The notes beneath the pieces were generated by a model. The model saw only the letters and a program-made list of their open reading frames with translations. It made no database searches and was not told the DNA's origin. A DNA stretch of 64,000 bases, from contig CM059432.1 of NCBI GenBank assembly GCA_030390025.1, positions 4,588,001-4,652,000 of the forward strand, in the 5' to 3' direction. The position numbers were made by a program, and so were the translations under genes. This DNA is from Squalus acanthias (Eukaryota). This document shows, one piece after another, positions 1 to 11,892 of this stretch (position 1 is the stretch's first letter; each line of letters begins with the position of its first letter).

Positions 1-1045
1 TGCCATGTATTTGGCCACTCACTCAACTCATCTAAATCGCCTTGAAGCCTCTTTGCATCCTCCTCACAACTCACAATCCCACCTAGTTTTGTGTCGTCAG
101 CAAACTTGGAAATATTACATTTAGTTCCCTCATCCAAATCATTGATATATATTGTGAATAGCTGGGGCCCAAGCACTGATCCCTGCGGTACCCCACTAGT
201 CACCAGCTGCCACCCCGAAAAAGACCCATTTATTCCTACTCTCTGTTTCCTGTCTGTTAACCAATTTTCAATCCATGCCAGTATATTACCCTCAATCCCA
301 TGTGCTCTAATTTTGCACACTAACCTCTTATGTGGGACTTTATCAAAGACCTTTTGAAAATCCAAATACACCACATCCACTGGTTCTCCCTTATCTATTC
401 TACCAGTTACATCCTCAAAAAACTCCAGTAGGTTTGTCAAACACGATTTCCCTTTCATAAATCCATATTGACTTTGTCTAATCCTGTTGATATTTTCTAA
501 GTGTCCTGTTATCACATCCTTTATAATACTCCAGCATTTTCCCTACTATTGATGTTAGGCTAACTGGTCTGTAGTTCCCTGTTTTCTCTCTCCCTCCTTT
601 TTTAAATAGTAGGGTTACATTTGCCACCCTCCAATCTGCAGGAACTGTTCCATATTTGTATTTGTTTAATTGCTCAGCCATTTCCTTGTTCCCCATTATA
701 AATTCTCCCGTTTCTGACTGTAAGGGTCCTACATTTGTCTTCACTAATCTTTTTCTTTTTACATACTTGTAGAACTTTTACAATCCGCTTTTATGTTCCT
801 TGCAAGTTTACTCTCATACTCTATTTTTCCCCTCTTAATCAATCTGTTGGTCATTTTTTGCTGAACTCTAAACTGCTTCCAATCCTCAGGCTTGTTACTT
901 TTTCTGGCAACTTTATATGACTCGTCTTTGGATCTAATACTATCCTTAATTTCTTTTGTTAACCATGGTTGGGCCACTTTTCCTTTTGTGTTTTTACACC
1001 AGAAAGGAATGTATAACTGTTGCAATTCATGCATTCGTTCCTTAA
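1..1045 (-). mobile_element. CR1 ORF2 RT fragment with internal deletion
   Basis: VPADWRVANVT.LFKKGGREKTGNYRPVSLTS; similar to the 54.5-57.7 kb copy. Confidence 0.9.
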
Positions 1046-1775
1046 AGTGAATATCAGTCTGGTGGGAGCTTTTACTGTACATCTGAAGCTGTCAAGTAAT
1101 CAGCTGGAGCAATGGCCACTGAACTCATGCCTCAGCTTGACAGCCGTGGTCTGCGCACAGCGGGGCATCCCGTGGTCATGAAGCTAAAGACAAAAGGTAA
1201 GTGAAAAAAGGCTGTTACGCATCTGGCAACTAGATGCTAATCCTTTTAATTGCCTCCCCCGCCACTGTCGGTCGGGTCTGCTCAGCGTTGACAGACCCAA
1301 CATTGGGAAAGGTGCGTGGTGGCGGGTTCCCGACCCGCTGTCAAAAACAAACACTTTCCCACCCGACCTGTCACCCATCCCGCCCGCTGATCCCCTTGGA
1401 AAATTCCTTCCAAACATACACCACTCGTGAGAGGAACAGCACCACAACTTATGATTCACACTTAATTTGAAATAAGTCAGTTCAGGATCCATTTGCGCAC
1501 TGATGCAAAGCTATTCTGGATCTAACAGTAAAATGTGGGAGTGGGTTCGCGGCTTGACTCTCTACTTTATTGAAGCCAAATTGCATGGGATCCACTACAG
1601 GGGCTTGTTTTACACCTGTGTTTGCAGGAACTCTCACCATAAAAGGTAGCTGGGCTGTGAGAACTGTGACCACATCCAAATACACATACATAATGCACCT
1701 TGGATGCTGAAAAACTGTGGACCTGCAAAGAAACGAGCATCTGCCCAATTAAACCGAGTGGCTCAGTGGTTAACG

Positions 1776-3800
1776 GTAGATGCAGAGAGGATGTTTCCCC
1801 TGGCTGGGGAGTCTAGAACCAGGGGTCACAGTCTCAGAATAAGGGGTCGGCCATTTAGGACTGAGATGAGGAGAAATTTCTTCACTCAGAGGGTGGTGAA
1901 TCTTTGGAATTCTCTACCCCAGAGGGCTGTGGAGGCTCAGTCGTTGAGTATATTCAAGACCGAGATCGATAGATTTCTGGATATTAAGGGGATCAAGGGA
2001 TATGGGGATAGTGCAGGAAAGTGGAGATGAAAAAGAATTTATACAATGCTTTATGTCCTCAGGGTGTCTCAAAGCACTTTATAATCAATTAATTACTTTT
2101 GCCTTAGAGGGAGTGCAACAAAGGTTCACTAGTCTGATTCCTGGGATGGGGGGGATTGTCCTATGAGGAGAGATTGAGTAGACTAGGCCTATATTCACTA
2201 GCGTTTCGATGAATGAGAGGTGATCTCATTGAAATTCTTAAGGGATTTGTCAGGGTAGATGCAGGGAGGATGTTTCCCCCTGGCTGGAGGGTCTAGAACC
2301 AGAGGTCACAGTCTCAGAATAAGGGGTCGGCCATTTAGGACTGAGATGAGGAGAAATTTCTTCACTCAGAGGGTGGTGAATCTTTGGAATTCTCAACCCC
2401 AGAGGGCTGTGGAGGCTCAGTCGTTGAATATATTCATGACCGAGATCGATAGACTTTTGGATATTAAGGGAATCAAGGGATATGGGGATCGGGCGGGAAA
2501 GTGGAATTGAGGTCGAAGATCAGCCATGATCTTATTGAATGGCGGAGCAGGCTCGAGGGACCGAATAGCCGACTCCTGCTCCTAATTCTTATGTTCTTAT
2601 GTGAGTGGGCAAAACTGTGGCAGATGGAGTTCAACGTGGGGAAGTGTGAGGTCATCCACTTTGGACCTGAGTAAGATCGATCAGAGTATTTCCTAAATGG
2701 TGAGAAGCGAGGAGCTGTGAAGGAGCCGAGAGATTTAGGGGTCCAAGTACAGAAATCACTAAAGGCTAGTGGACAGGTGCAAAAAATAATTAAAAAGGCT
2801 AATGGAATCTTGGCCTTCATCTCAAGGGGACTGGAATACAAAGGGGTGGAAGTTATGTTACAGTTTAGAGCCAGATCTTTCAGGAGTGAAGTTAGGAAAC
2901 AATTCTACACACAAAGATTGGTAGAAGTTTGGAACTCTCTTCTTCAAATGGCAGTTGATGCTGGGTCAATTGATAGATTTCCGTTAAGAAAAGGTATTAA
3001 GGGATATGGGGCAAAGGCGGGGGTTCGGTCACAGATCAGCCATGATCTCATTGAATGGTGGAACAGGCTCAAGGGGCCAAATTTTTGGACTCTAGGGGAA
3101 TCAAGGGATATGGAGATCGGGCGGAAAAGTGCACTTGAGGTCTAAGATCAGCCATGAGGGGCGTATGGCCTACTCCTGCTCCGAATTCTATGTTCTTAAG
3201 TTCTTAAATCGCCTACTCCTGTTCCTATATTCCTAAACTGTACAGAGCTCTGGTTAGACCCCATCTGGAGTAACTGCGTTCAGTTCTGGGCCCCGCACCT
3301 CAGGAAGGATAGATCGGCCTTGGAGGGGGAGCAGCGCTGATTCGCCAGAATGATACCGGGGCTAAAAAGGTTAAACTATGAGGCAAGGTTGCACAGACCG
3401 GCTTGTATTCCCTTGAGTATAGAAGATTAAGGGGGTGATCTAATTGAGGTATTTAAGATGATTAAAGGATTTAATATGGTGGCTAGAGAGAAACTATTTT
3501 GTCTGGGAGGGGGGGGAGTCCAGAACAAGGGGCTTAAAATTAGAGCCAGGCCGTTCAGGGGTGATGTCAGGAAGCATTTCTTCACACAAAGGGTGGTGGA
3601 AATCTGGAACTCGCTCCCCCAAAAAGCTGCTGAGGCTGGGGGTCAATTGAAAATTTCAAAACTGAGATTGGTAGATTTTTGTTGGGCGAGGAGTATTAAG
3701 GGTTACGGAACCAAGGCGGTTAAGATACGGACCAGCCAGGATCTAATTGAATGGCGGAAGAGGCTCGAGGGGCCGAATGGCCTCCTCCTGTTCCTACCTT
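1776..3800 (+). mobile_element. Stack of CR1 3' fragments
   Basis: Repeated [13 protein letters not shown]...[15 protein letters not shown] ends with CR1 3'UTR. Confidence 0.85.
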
Positions 3801-3861
3801 TCCATTCGCACACTTTATGATGTTTCAAAGTGCTTTTTACATATTTGTTTTTTGGAGTGTC

Positions 3862-5451
3862 TGTAGATTTTCGCAATTATCACGATTTCAATAATAAGGA
3901 GAGAAGCAAGTTCAATTGAACATTTTTTATTGAACGAAAGGCTGCTTTTAATAAAAGGGTATAGCAGCTTGTAAAATGGCCGCCGAGCATCGTGACAGGC
4001 GTTTCCAGAACATGGTGAGCACTCAGCCACTGCGGTAATAAAAAAACCGCGAAGACCAGTCATAGTGGCTCAGACAAGACGGCGCTGGATATACATTTAT
4101 AATAAGATCATGCACGGTACAGATTGGGAAGGCAGGATGCAACCCATTTGCGTTTTGGACAGAACAATAAACTAAGTGCTTGACTCGTTTCAAATGCACG
4201 GTGAGGAATCATTGCACCGGACGGTCGGGGCCCATCCAGACACATCATTATACAAATTCTACCCAGCTCAACAATGAGGAAGACATTAACGGGTAGTTGG
4301 GCCAGTTTCGGGTGATCCCGAAACCAGTTGAGGAGACAATTACCCCATACCGAGAACTTTGGGCGCCAAAAATTAAACAAAAGACAGCATCTTGATTTGA
4401 GCGGGAGATAAGGCCCGTCCAAACGGTATAACTATAGAGGAGGAATGTCCATCGGTGGGTTGGTTCGTTGTGCTGTGTTGGTTCGTTGTTCGAGTGTTGG
4501 TTGGAGTTCGGGTTCGAGTTCGTTGTTCGTGGTTCGTGTCGGCCAGAAGCGGAACCTCAGGACAAGCCACCTCGACACGGCAGGTGCAGGGTACACCATC
4601 CCGATCGTCGGTAATCGGTGTCCGGATCCATCAGGGCAACGCAGCGGTGTGTTCCCGAATGACCAGCCGCTGTCAGTGAAGAAGACAGGAACTTCGGCCA
4701 AACGAGGCTTAAGTGACGAGAAGAATTCCACGTAGGAGCCGGCACGGTCAGTCAAACCCCGACCGCGCCCGAAGATAAACGACGAAGTAGGTTCAAATCC
4801 ACCTTTTGGATCCTACCGAAGATTTCATGACATCAGGAGAGACAGGCCTTTCCTCCTGGTTATTTGAGCGAATAGCCTGGGCCATCCGCGACGAACGTTC
4901 ATCAGGGCTGACCCGAGTGGGTCCCTCGTGGCAGCGAGAGTAAACAAGTCGTGCTCAGAAGCTCCCACAGCCACGTGGCAGCCAGGGGCTGCAACGAAAA
5001 GCTGCGAGCCTCATTTTAAATTCCGAAATAACCCGAGTGGTGAGCATGTTTCCCGATCCTACAAATCCAGACTTAGTTTAGTTATTATAGGGGAGGGTGG
5101 GTTTTTAAGGGTAATTTGTAATGTGTTATCCCCTTTACGATGTGCCGTGTGTTCCCCGTTTGTATAGAACAAGGTTTATGGACGTGTGCATACTTGTAAT
5201 TTCTTTGATCTGCGCATATGACATGTATTTCATTATTTTGGACACCGTACAATAAAGGCATTCATTTCGTATTATTCAACCAGGTCTATTTGAGTCCTTC
5301 TCTGCATTACTGCTCCTTTGCATCTAAGTCCAGGTGTCAGAACCGTAAGGGCGAGTGGGTCGAACCAGTCACGGGTGATTATTGCAAGAGGTCTGGCCGG
5401 AGACCAGAGCAAGCAATAGCAAAGAATCACAGGCCACGAAAGCCCCTTACA
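3862..5451 (+). mobile_element. Solo LTR, about 1.6 kb
   Basis: TGTA...TACA termini, perfect 5-bp TSD GTGTC (3857-3861 / 5452-5456), AATAAA at 5251, CpG-rich. Confidence 0.88.
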
Positions 5452-5769
5452 GTGTCGCAATAAAGTAAACCATATATTTCAATTTGGTTGTCAGGCATGT
5501 TATTCCAGGGTGTGTACACAACAGCACCGACAACAAAAGTCCCTTTCATGCATGGAAGCAAATTAAAGGATCACATTATTATTGACAATAAAAACCAAAA
5601 CCAGCCACACCCTGGTGTGAAGGCACCTTGCGAAACATGCGTTTGTGGTAATGATCAATGTATCAGTGTGTGCTCGGTGAAACTGCAAGCTGTGACTCAT
5701 GTCCTGTGATGCAACTGATTGGTTATGTGCCAAACAGACATGGAGCTGCTCAAGTTATCCTCATAATAA

Positions 5770-6625
5770 AACAAAGACTTGCATTCATAAAGCGCTTTTT
5801 CATGACCTCCGAACGCCCCCAAAGCCCTTGACGGCCACTGAGGGATCGTTTGAAGTGTAGTCAGCCGTCGTAATGCAGGAAACGCGACAGCCAGTTTGCA
5901 CCCACAAAGAGCTCGGCGATAAAAGATCAGATAATCAATTTTTTTTAAGTGATGTTGATTGAGGGATAAATATTGGCCCCAGGGCACCGGGGAGAACTCC
6001 CCTGCTCTTCTTCGAAATAGTGGCCGTGGGATCTTTTACGTCCACCTGAGAGAGCAGACAGGGCCTCGGTTTAACGTCTCATCCGAAAGACGGCACCTCC
6101 GACAGTGCGGCGCCTCCTCATTTACAACACCAACAACCGGCATTTATATAGCGCCTTTAACGTAGTGAAACGTCCCAAGGCGCTTCACGGGAGTGATTAT
6201 CAAACAAAGTTTGGCACCGAGCCACATGAGGAGATATAAGGACAGGTGACCAAAAGCTAGGAGCATCTTAAAGGTAGAGAGAGAGCTAGAGAGGCACAGA
6301 GGTTTAATGTGGGAATTCCAGAGCTTGGGACCTAGATAAGTGAAGGCACGGCCGCCAATGGCGGAGCGATTAAAATCGGGGATGCGCAAGAGGCCGGAAT
6401 TGGTGGAGCGCAGAGATCTCGGAGGGTTGTTGGGGCTGGAGGAGGTTACAGCGATAGGGAGGGATTTGAAAATAAGGATGATATTAAATTCGAGGCATTG
6501 TCGGGCTGGGAGCCAACGCAGTTCAGCGAGCACAGGGATGACTGGTGAACGGGACTTGGTGCAGGTCAGGACACAGGCAGCAGAGTTTCAGATGAGCTGA
6601 GTTTACGGAGGGTGGAAGATGGGAG
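5770..6625 (-). mobile_element. Deu-SINE fragment (5770-6118) plus L2-like LINE 3' fragment
   Basis: Deu core in reverse; L2 C-terminus L.WLP..GGRAF...GPKLWNS. Confidence 0.75.
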
Positions 6626-7311
6626 TGACTGCTTTTTTTTGGCACTGTGATGCCAAGCTGTTGTTGTTTCAATGTTGCTGCCCTCGATATGGCAGGGAAA
6701 CGGAGGTGCCCTGCAATGCAGTCTCCTTACTTTGCAGTGTTAAGAGTTCGGGCTTGTTTCTGATATAAGAGTGAGATTAGCATTCAGGAGTTCATTGCTG
6801 AAGCAGTTCTTTTCTACTTTGGCACGGTGTGTATCATAATCTTACTAATATTGTGCATGTCAACAAAACGCTTCCACCTGGCAGAATTCTTTACTAAAAC
6901 TCTTGCGGAGCATAAACACCGTCATGGACCAGTCGAGCAAAATGGCCTGTTTCTATGCTGTATGCTGAAACCCTCATCCATGCCTTTGTTACCTCTAGAC
7001 TTGACTATTCCAACACACTCCAGGCTGGCCTCCCACATTCCACCCTACGTAAACTTGAGGTCATCCAAAACTCTGCTGCCCGTGTCCTAACTCGCAGGTT
7101 GACGTAAAAGATCCCACGGCCTATATTTCGAAGAAGAGCAGGGGGGAGTTATCCCCAGTGTCCTGGCCAATATTTATCCCTCAACCAACATAACAAAAAC
7201 AGTTTAACTGGTCATTATCACATTGCTGTTTGTGGGAGCTTGCTGTGTGCAAACTGGCTGCCGCGTTTCCCACATTACAACAGCGACTACACTTCCAAAA
7301 GTACTTCATTG

Positions 7312-8873
7312 TGTAGGGGGTGGTGGTTTGTGTCAGCTTTACCTCTGACTTCTGAGCGGTTCGAATCGCTCCCACTCCCTTGGTTCTAGACCTTGGACTT
7401 ATTTGGGGGGTTGTGACAAAAGGTGCAGCAGACAACTGAGTTTGATGAAAAGAACTTCAATCTTTATTCAAAAGGTAAAACACGAAGGACAACACTCTAA
7501 AGGTGGGGAACACTTCGGTACAAGCGAGGGAAATGACAGTAGAACAATACTTCACCCCTCCCAACCCCACTTCACTAGCTAACTTAGGTTTTGAAGGACC
7601 AGGGATAATGCTCACCAATCCTTTGACAGTTGGGCTAAATCGCAGTTTTGGGGTTCGCTGTTTATGGCGGTTAGTGTCTGCCGTACCCCGTACGTGGTAG
7701 AGGACTTCACCTGCGTCTCTGGTCAGTCTTCGCGAGTCTGCTGATGCAGTAGGATGTCGTTTTGGATCTATCTGGTGAGTACCCAATTTCTTTGGTTTAG
7801 CAGTAGGGTTTAGAGTCTTTGGGGAAAATCTTACCCAGGGGTAAGTCAGGAGTAGATTGCAGAGTGGAAACTTTGCGGTTCTTCGGGTTTTCTTCCCTTG
7901 AGTTGGTCTTTGTTGGTCGCGGTGGCCTGCTATTACCCGGTCTGTTGGGGGCAATATGCGGTTGTTGGTTTCTTGAGGCCTTTGGTTTCCGCGATGGTTT
8001 TAGGCCTTGTCTAGTGTGTCGGTCGACCTCATGGAACCATCGGTGACTTGTTGCTCTGGGTGACTGTATTGGGACCGTTGTTGGAGGTCTGTCGAGGTGG
8101 TAACTTCACGAGCTGGACTCAGGTGTGTCTGAGTGGTGAGCGATGCCGACTCGCTTCCAGCTCGGTTTGTCTTCTTCCTGGTTCCTCCTTCTTCTGATGA
8201 CCACGGACCTTGAACTGCTTAACGGGCCTTCAATTATACTGAATTGAAGTGGCCTTTTCTACCCGCCAAATCTACTCAGTTCATTGTCTGGTTTTGGCAG
8301 GCTCGTAAATCAGTAACGACTTACTAGCGTGTTAACTGGTTTTTTAACAGGCCTTCAATCTCACCCATTGAACATGGCCTTATCTACCCGCCAAAGCTAT
8401 TCAGTTCATTGTCTGATTTTGGCGGGCCTGTTACCAGTAACTGCTCTGTAAGGGTCAAATGGCTTTTTGGGATGGCTTGCATCCTGTCGATCTCCTTGGT
8501 TGATCACTGGTGATTGATTTTGTGTTTTGGGTTTCTAGGCTGGACTCGGTCTTTTCTATAGAATGGTCCTGAGTGGGTTTTATTATGCATGTTTTCTGAT
8601 GGGCCCTGTAATCGGTTTGATGGGGCCTGTTATTTTGGGTGGGACTGTCTTCTCCCAGGGTCTATTGTTCAAATGTTAATGTCTGCTGGGCTTGAGTGAG
8701 GTCATCCCGGTTCCCCAGACAGTGTAATTAACTGCAATAACCAAAACTGCTTTTACAGAGGTCGAACCCACCTCCTTGTCCCTTTACAGACCCAGACATA
8801 GTTTTAAAATGCCAGAGGTAGTTCCAAAGTCCTTTTTCCTTAGGTTTTTGGGGGATCTGCAAAATTTTGGAAA
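7312..8873 (-). mobile_element. LTR-like insertion (one end lost) splitting a Deu-SINE
   Basis: The SINE stops at ...cttcattg (7311) and resumes near 8874 with about 20 bp missing. The insert begins TGTAG (minus-strand 3' end ...CTACA), has minus-strand AATAAA near 7463, and contains a 125-bp tandem duplication. Confidence 0.7.
8219..8468. repeat. 125-bp tandem duplication inside LTR-like element
   Basis: ttaac.ggccttcaat...ctacccgccaaa.cta.tcagttcattgtctg.ttttggc at 8219 and 8344. Confidence 0.85.
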
Positions 8874-11697
8874 CCTGGGGTCTTGAAAGGCGCTATAGAA
8901 ATGCAAGTCTCTCTTTATGCACACAGTTTTCCAATGAAAATGGTGAGAAATTATGGTTTTGTTGGTTTCAGTAGTTAATTGTGTAGAAATCAATCAATCC
9001 TGAAAACACTGTGCAGCATTAAGTTAAATAAATTGGCTTGGTGTATTCAAAGAAATCAATTTAATACAAAATTGCAACATGTCAAATTCAACATACTGGA
9101 TAGCTCTTCTGAAAATAGACCATCTTACTCCTCCTTATGTACATCATCAATTTTATTTTACAAGTACATTTTGACAGATATAAAGTCAGACTTTATTACA
9201 TCAAGATGAACTCCATAGCATTGGGATGACTCATTGTTAAAATCCAGAACTGCCTTAGAAGGTTTGAACACATTTTGAAATACCTAGCTATTTAGTATAA
9301 CTTTGGCTCAGTATCTGTGCAAGTCATCACAGTTCTACACTCATTAATGCAATGTCCTCAGGGACAGGTTTTTAAACTGTACAGCGCTCACAATTATTTG
9401 TGGATATTTACACTAATGTAACCATGGAAGCCCGCATTTTCTTATTCCTGTATTTCAAAAACCAGCACACAACAGCAGCAACATATTTGAAGCACGACAA
9501 TTGAAACACATTTCTAGAAACATAAAATGGATAAATTCACCGATTCCACACTCACAGCAGGTATCGTGACTTCGAGCCACAGTACAAAGCCACAAGCCAT
9601 TTTATAAGTTGGTAGGCGTGCTGCGAGGGAGCACTGCGGCAGAAACCGAAGCCTGCTTGGAGCTCAATAAATTTACCGAAAAAAAAAACTTATAAATCAG
9701 CATTGGAACATGAAGCTAAACCTCAGTAGTGTTCCTTGTTATAAAAATTTTTTTTTTTTTTTTATAGAAAAAGAGACAACATTTTGCTCTTTTACCTGGA
9801 GAATGAAGGAACGTTTCCCACCCCCCAATAAAACAGCAGTTATTATCTACAAGCCCAAAAATCAGGAGGGTGGGTGGGTTCAATTACAAAATCTTGCATT
9901 TATGTAGCACCGTTAACACAGTAAAACGTCCCAAGGCTCTCCACAGGACAAAACGGGGGACCGGTCCATATAAGAAGATACTAGGACAGGTGACCAAAGG
10001 CTCGGTCAAAGAGGCAGGTTTTAAGGGACTGCTTAAAAAGGAGGAGCAAGGTGTAGAAAGGCGGAGAGGATTAGGAAAACAACCACTTTCCTGCCAATGA
10101 AGGTTCGGTTACCATTCCTGAGAAATTAAAAGTTCAACTAATCTCCAAAACAAACAAAAAAGGACTGAACATATAAAAAGTGAGCTCATGACAAGCAGTA
10201 CAATCCCACCCAACATGAATAAGCAGCACTTACATTTTACAAACCACATAGACAAGGATCGAGCTGGATCTTGATCTTGCTAGCACATGTTGCTGCAGCG
10301 GTATAAGGCAGCGGCTCACCACCACCCTCGGGGGCAATTAGGGATGAACAATAAATGCTGGCCTTGCCAGCAACGCCCACATCCAGAGAATGAATAAAGG
10401 CAGGCCAGGTATACATTAATATGGGCCCTACAGCAAGTATAGGAAGTACTAAATTCCCCTAATCTCCACCAACCCCTCCTCTCCCCCACCCTCCAACCCT
10501 AGAAAGGTGCCAACTCACGCTGGGGTATGTTCCCACAGGCGCTGCAGGCCTCTGCTACTAGATTCAAGGTGCCCAATCTTCAGGTGAGTCTAGGCAGGGA
10601 GCATCAGCAGCTCATTCCAAAACTGCCAAACTGGGCTACGTACACAAAATTTCTAGCAAGCGTCAATTGATAGCGATCAGGAGCAGGAAATCTCTTGCCG
10701 ATACCATCCGCCCGCCAGCCAACCACCCCACCCCTCTCCGCAACTGTAGAACCTCACTGGAATCCAGGCCAAGATCAACCAACTTTGGAGAAGTTATTCC
10801 CAACTTTTATTAATAAAACTTGCGCAGAGGAAAATAAACCATGAGTAACAAGTTAGTTGGGACAGTTTCGGTGACTTTAAACCAGTGTAATACAAGAGGC
10901 GTTACATCACCGCAGGGCAAGGAGAGCTGGACCTGTAATTTCAGGTTATGTACTTGCTCCTCACTCAAGCCCAGCCAACTCAACTCAAGCCCAGGTTTAA
11001 TCGTCCGATTGGCAGAGTAAGACAGTATGAATTGTGCATCACCTTGTATTCACACTCTAACTCTAACCCCTAAAAACTCCAATAGGAATATTTCATAAAC
11101 AGTTTAATACTCCACACTTTATTAAAAAAAAATTTTTTTTAAAAAGAGCCAAAATGTACCCAGCTTCCGAATGTAATTAAAGTAATTGGTAGAAGGATTA
11201 GAGGGGAGTCGAGGAGAACTTTTTTCACCCAGAGGGTGGTGGGGGTCTGGAACTCACTGCCTGAAAGGGTGGTAGAGGCAGAAACCCTCATCACATTTTT
11301 AAAAAGTGCTTGGATATGCACTTGAAGTGCCGTAACCTGCAGGGCTACGGACCAAGAGCTGGAAAGTGGGATTAGGCGGGAGAGCTCTTTGTCGGCCAGC
11401 ACGGACAAGATGGGCCGAATGGCCTCCTTCTGTGCCGTAAATTTCTGATTCTAATGCATTGGTCAGTAATAAAACTGAGGGGTGCATCTTCATTGCAAGC
11501 ACATTATGCTACCCAGCTAGTTTGATAATTTGTCGAGTCCGTTCAATACAGTAAAGGCATGGAAAGAATACCAGTCAACAACTAGCTCGGAAATCTTCCA
11601 AATCGAAACATCCATTTCCAAAATACCTTTCACAAGATAAAAAAAAAATAAAATGAAGTGGTTTAAACTGTTTGAAACTCAAGACGTGGCACGGGCG

Positions 11698-11892
11698 TTA
11701 TCTTGTTAAATAAACATTGGGAAAGTTATTAAACTTGGGTCCCAGATCATCCAAATAGTCCGATCCTGTAGCCTCTCGCACTTCACTGCAGCAGCCGACT
11801 GACCCATTAACGGACTCGGCTCCCTCGTAGTGATATTCGTGTAGATAATCAGCGGGGATAACCTGTTCTCCCAGCTCCTCCTCTTCATACAC
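11698..11892 (-). CDS. DSC: Desmocollin last coding exon (ICS / plakoglobin-binding segment)
   Basis: [23 protein letters not shown]...YLDDLGPKF then TAA; acceptor ttgttaag|. Confidence 0.95.
   Translation of the reverse strand: MYEEEELGEQVIPADYLHEYHYEGAESVNGSVGCCSEVREATGSDYLDDLGPKFNNFPNVYLTR

Noticed and set aside
1045..1770. Non-repetitive-looking stretch with short ORFs
   Set aside because: No recognisable protein motif or consistent exon structure.
8920..11690. Desmocollin 3'UTR and poly(A) site
   Set aside because: Several minus-strand AATAAA/ATTAAA candidates (about 11118, 10807, 9192, 9060) cannot be chosen between without transcripts.
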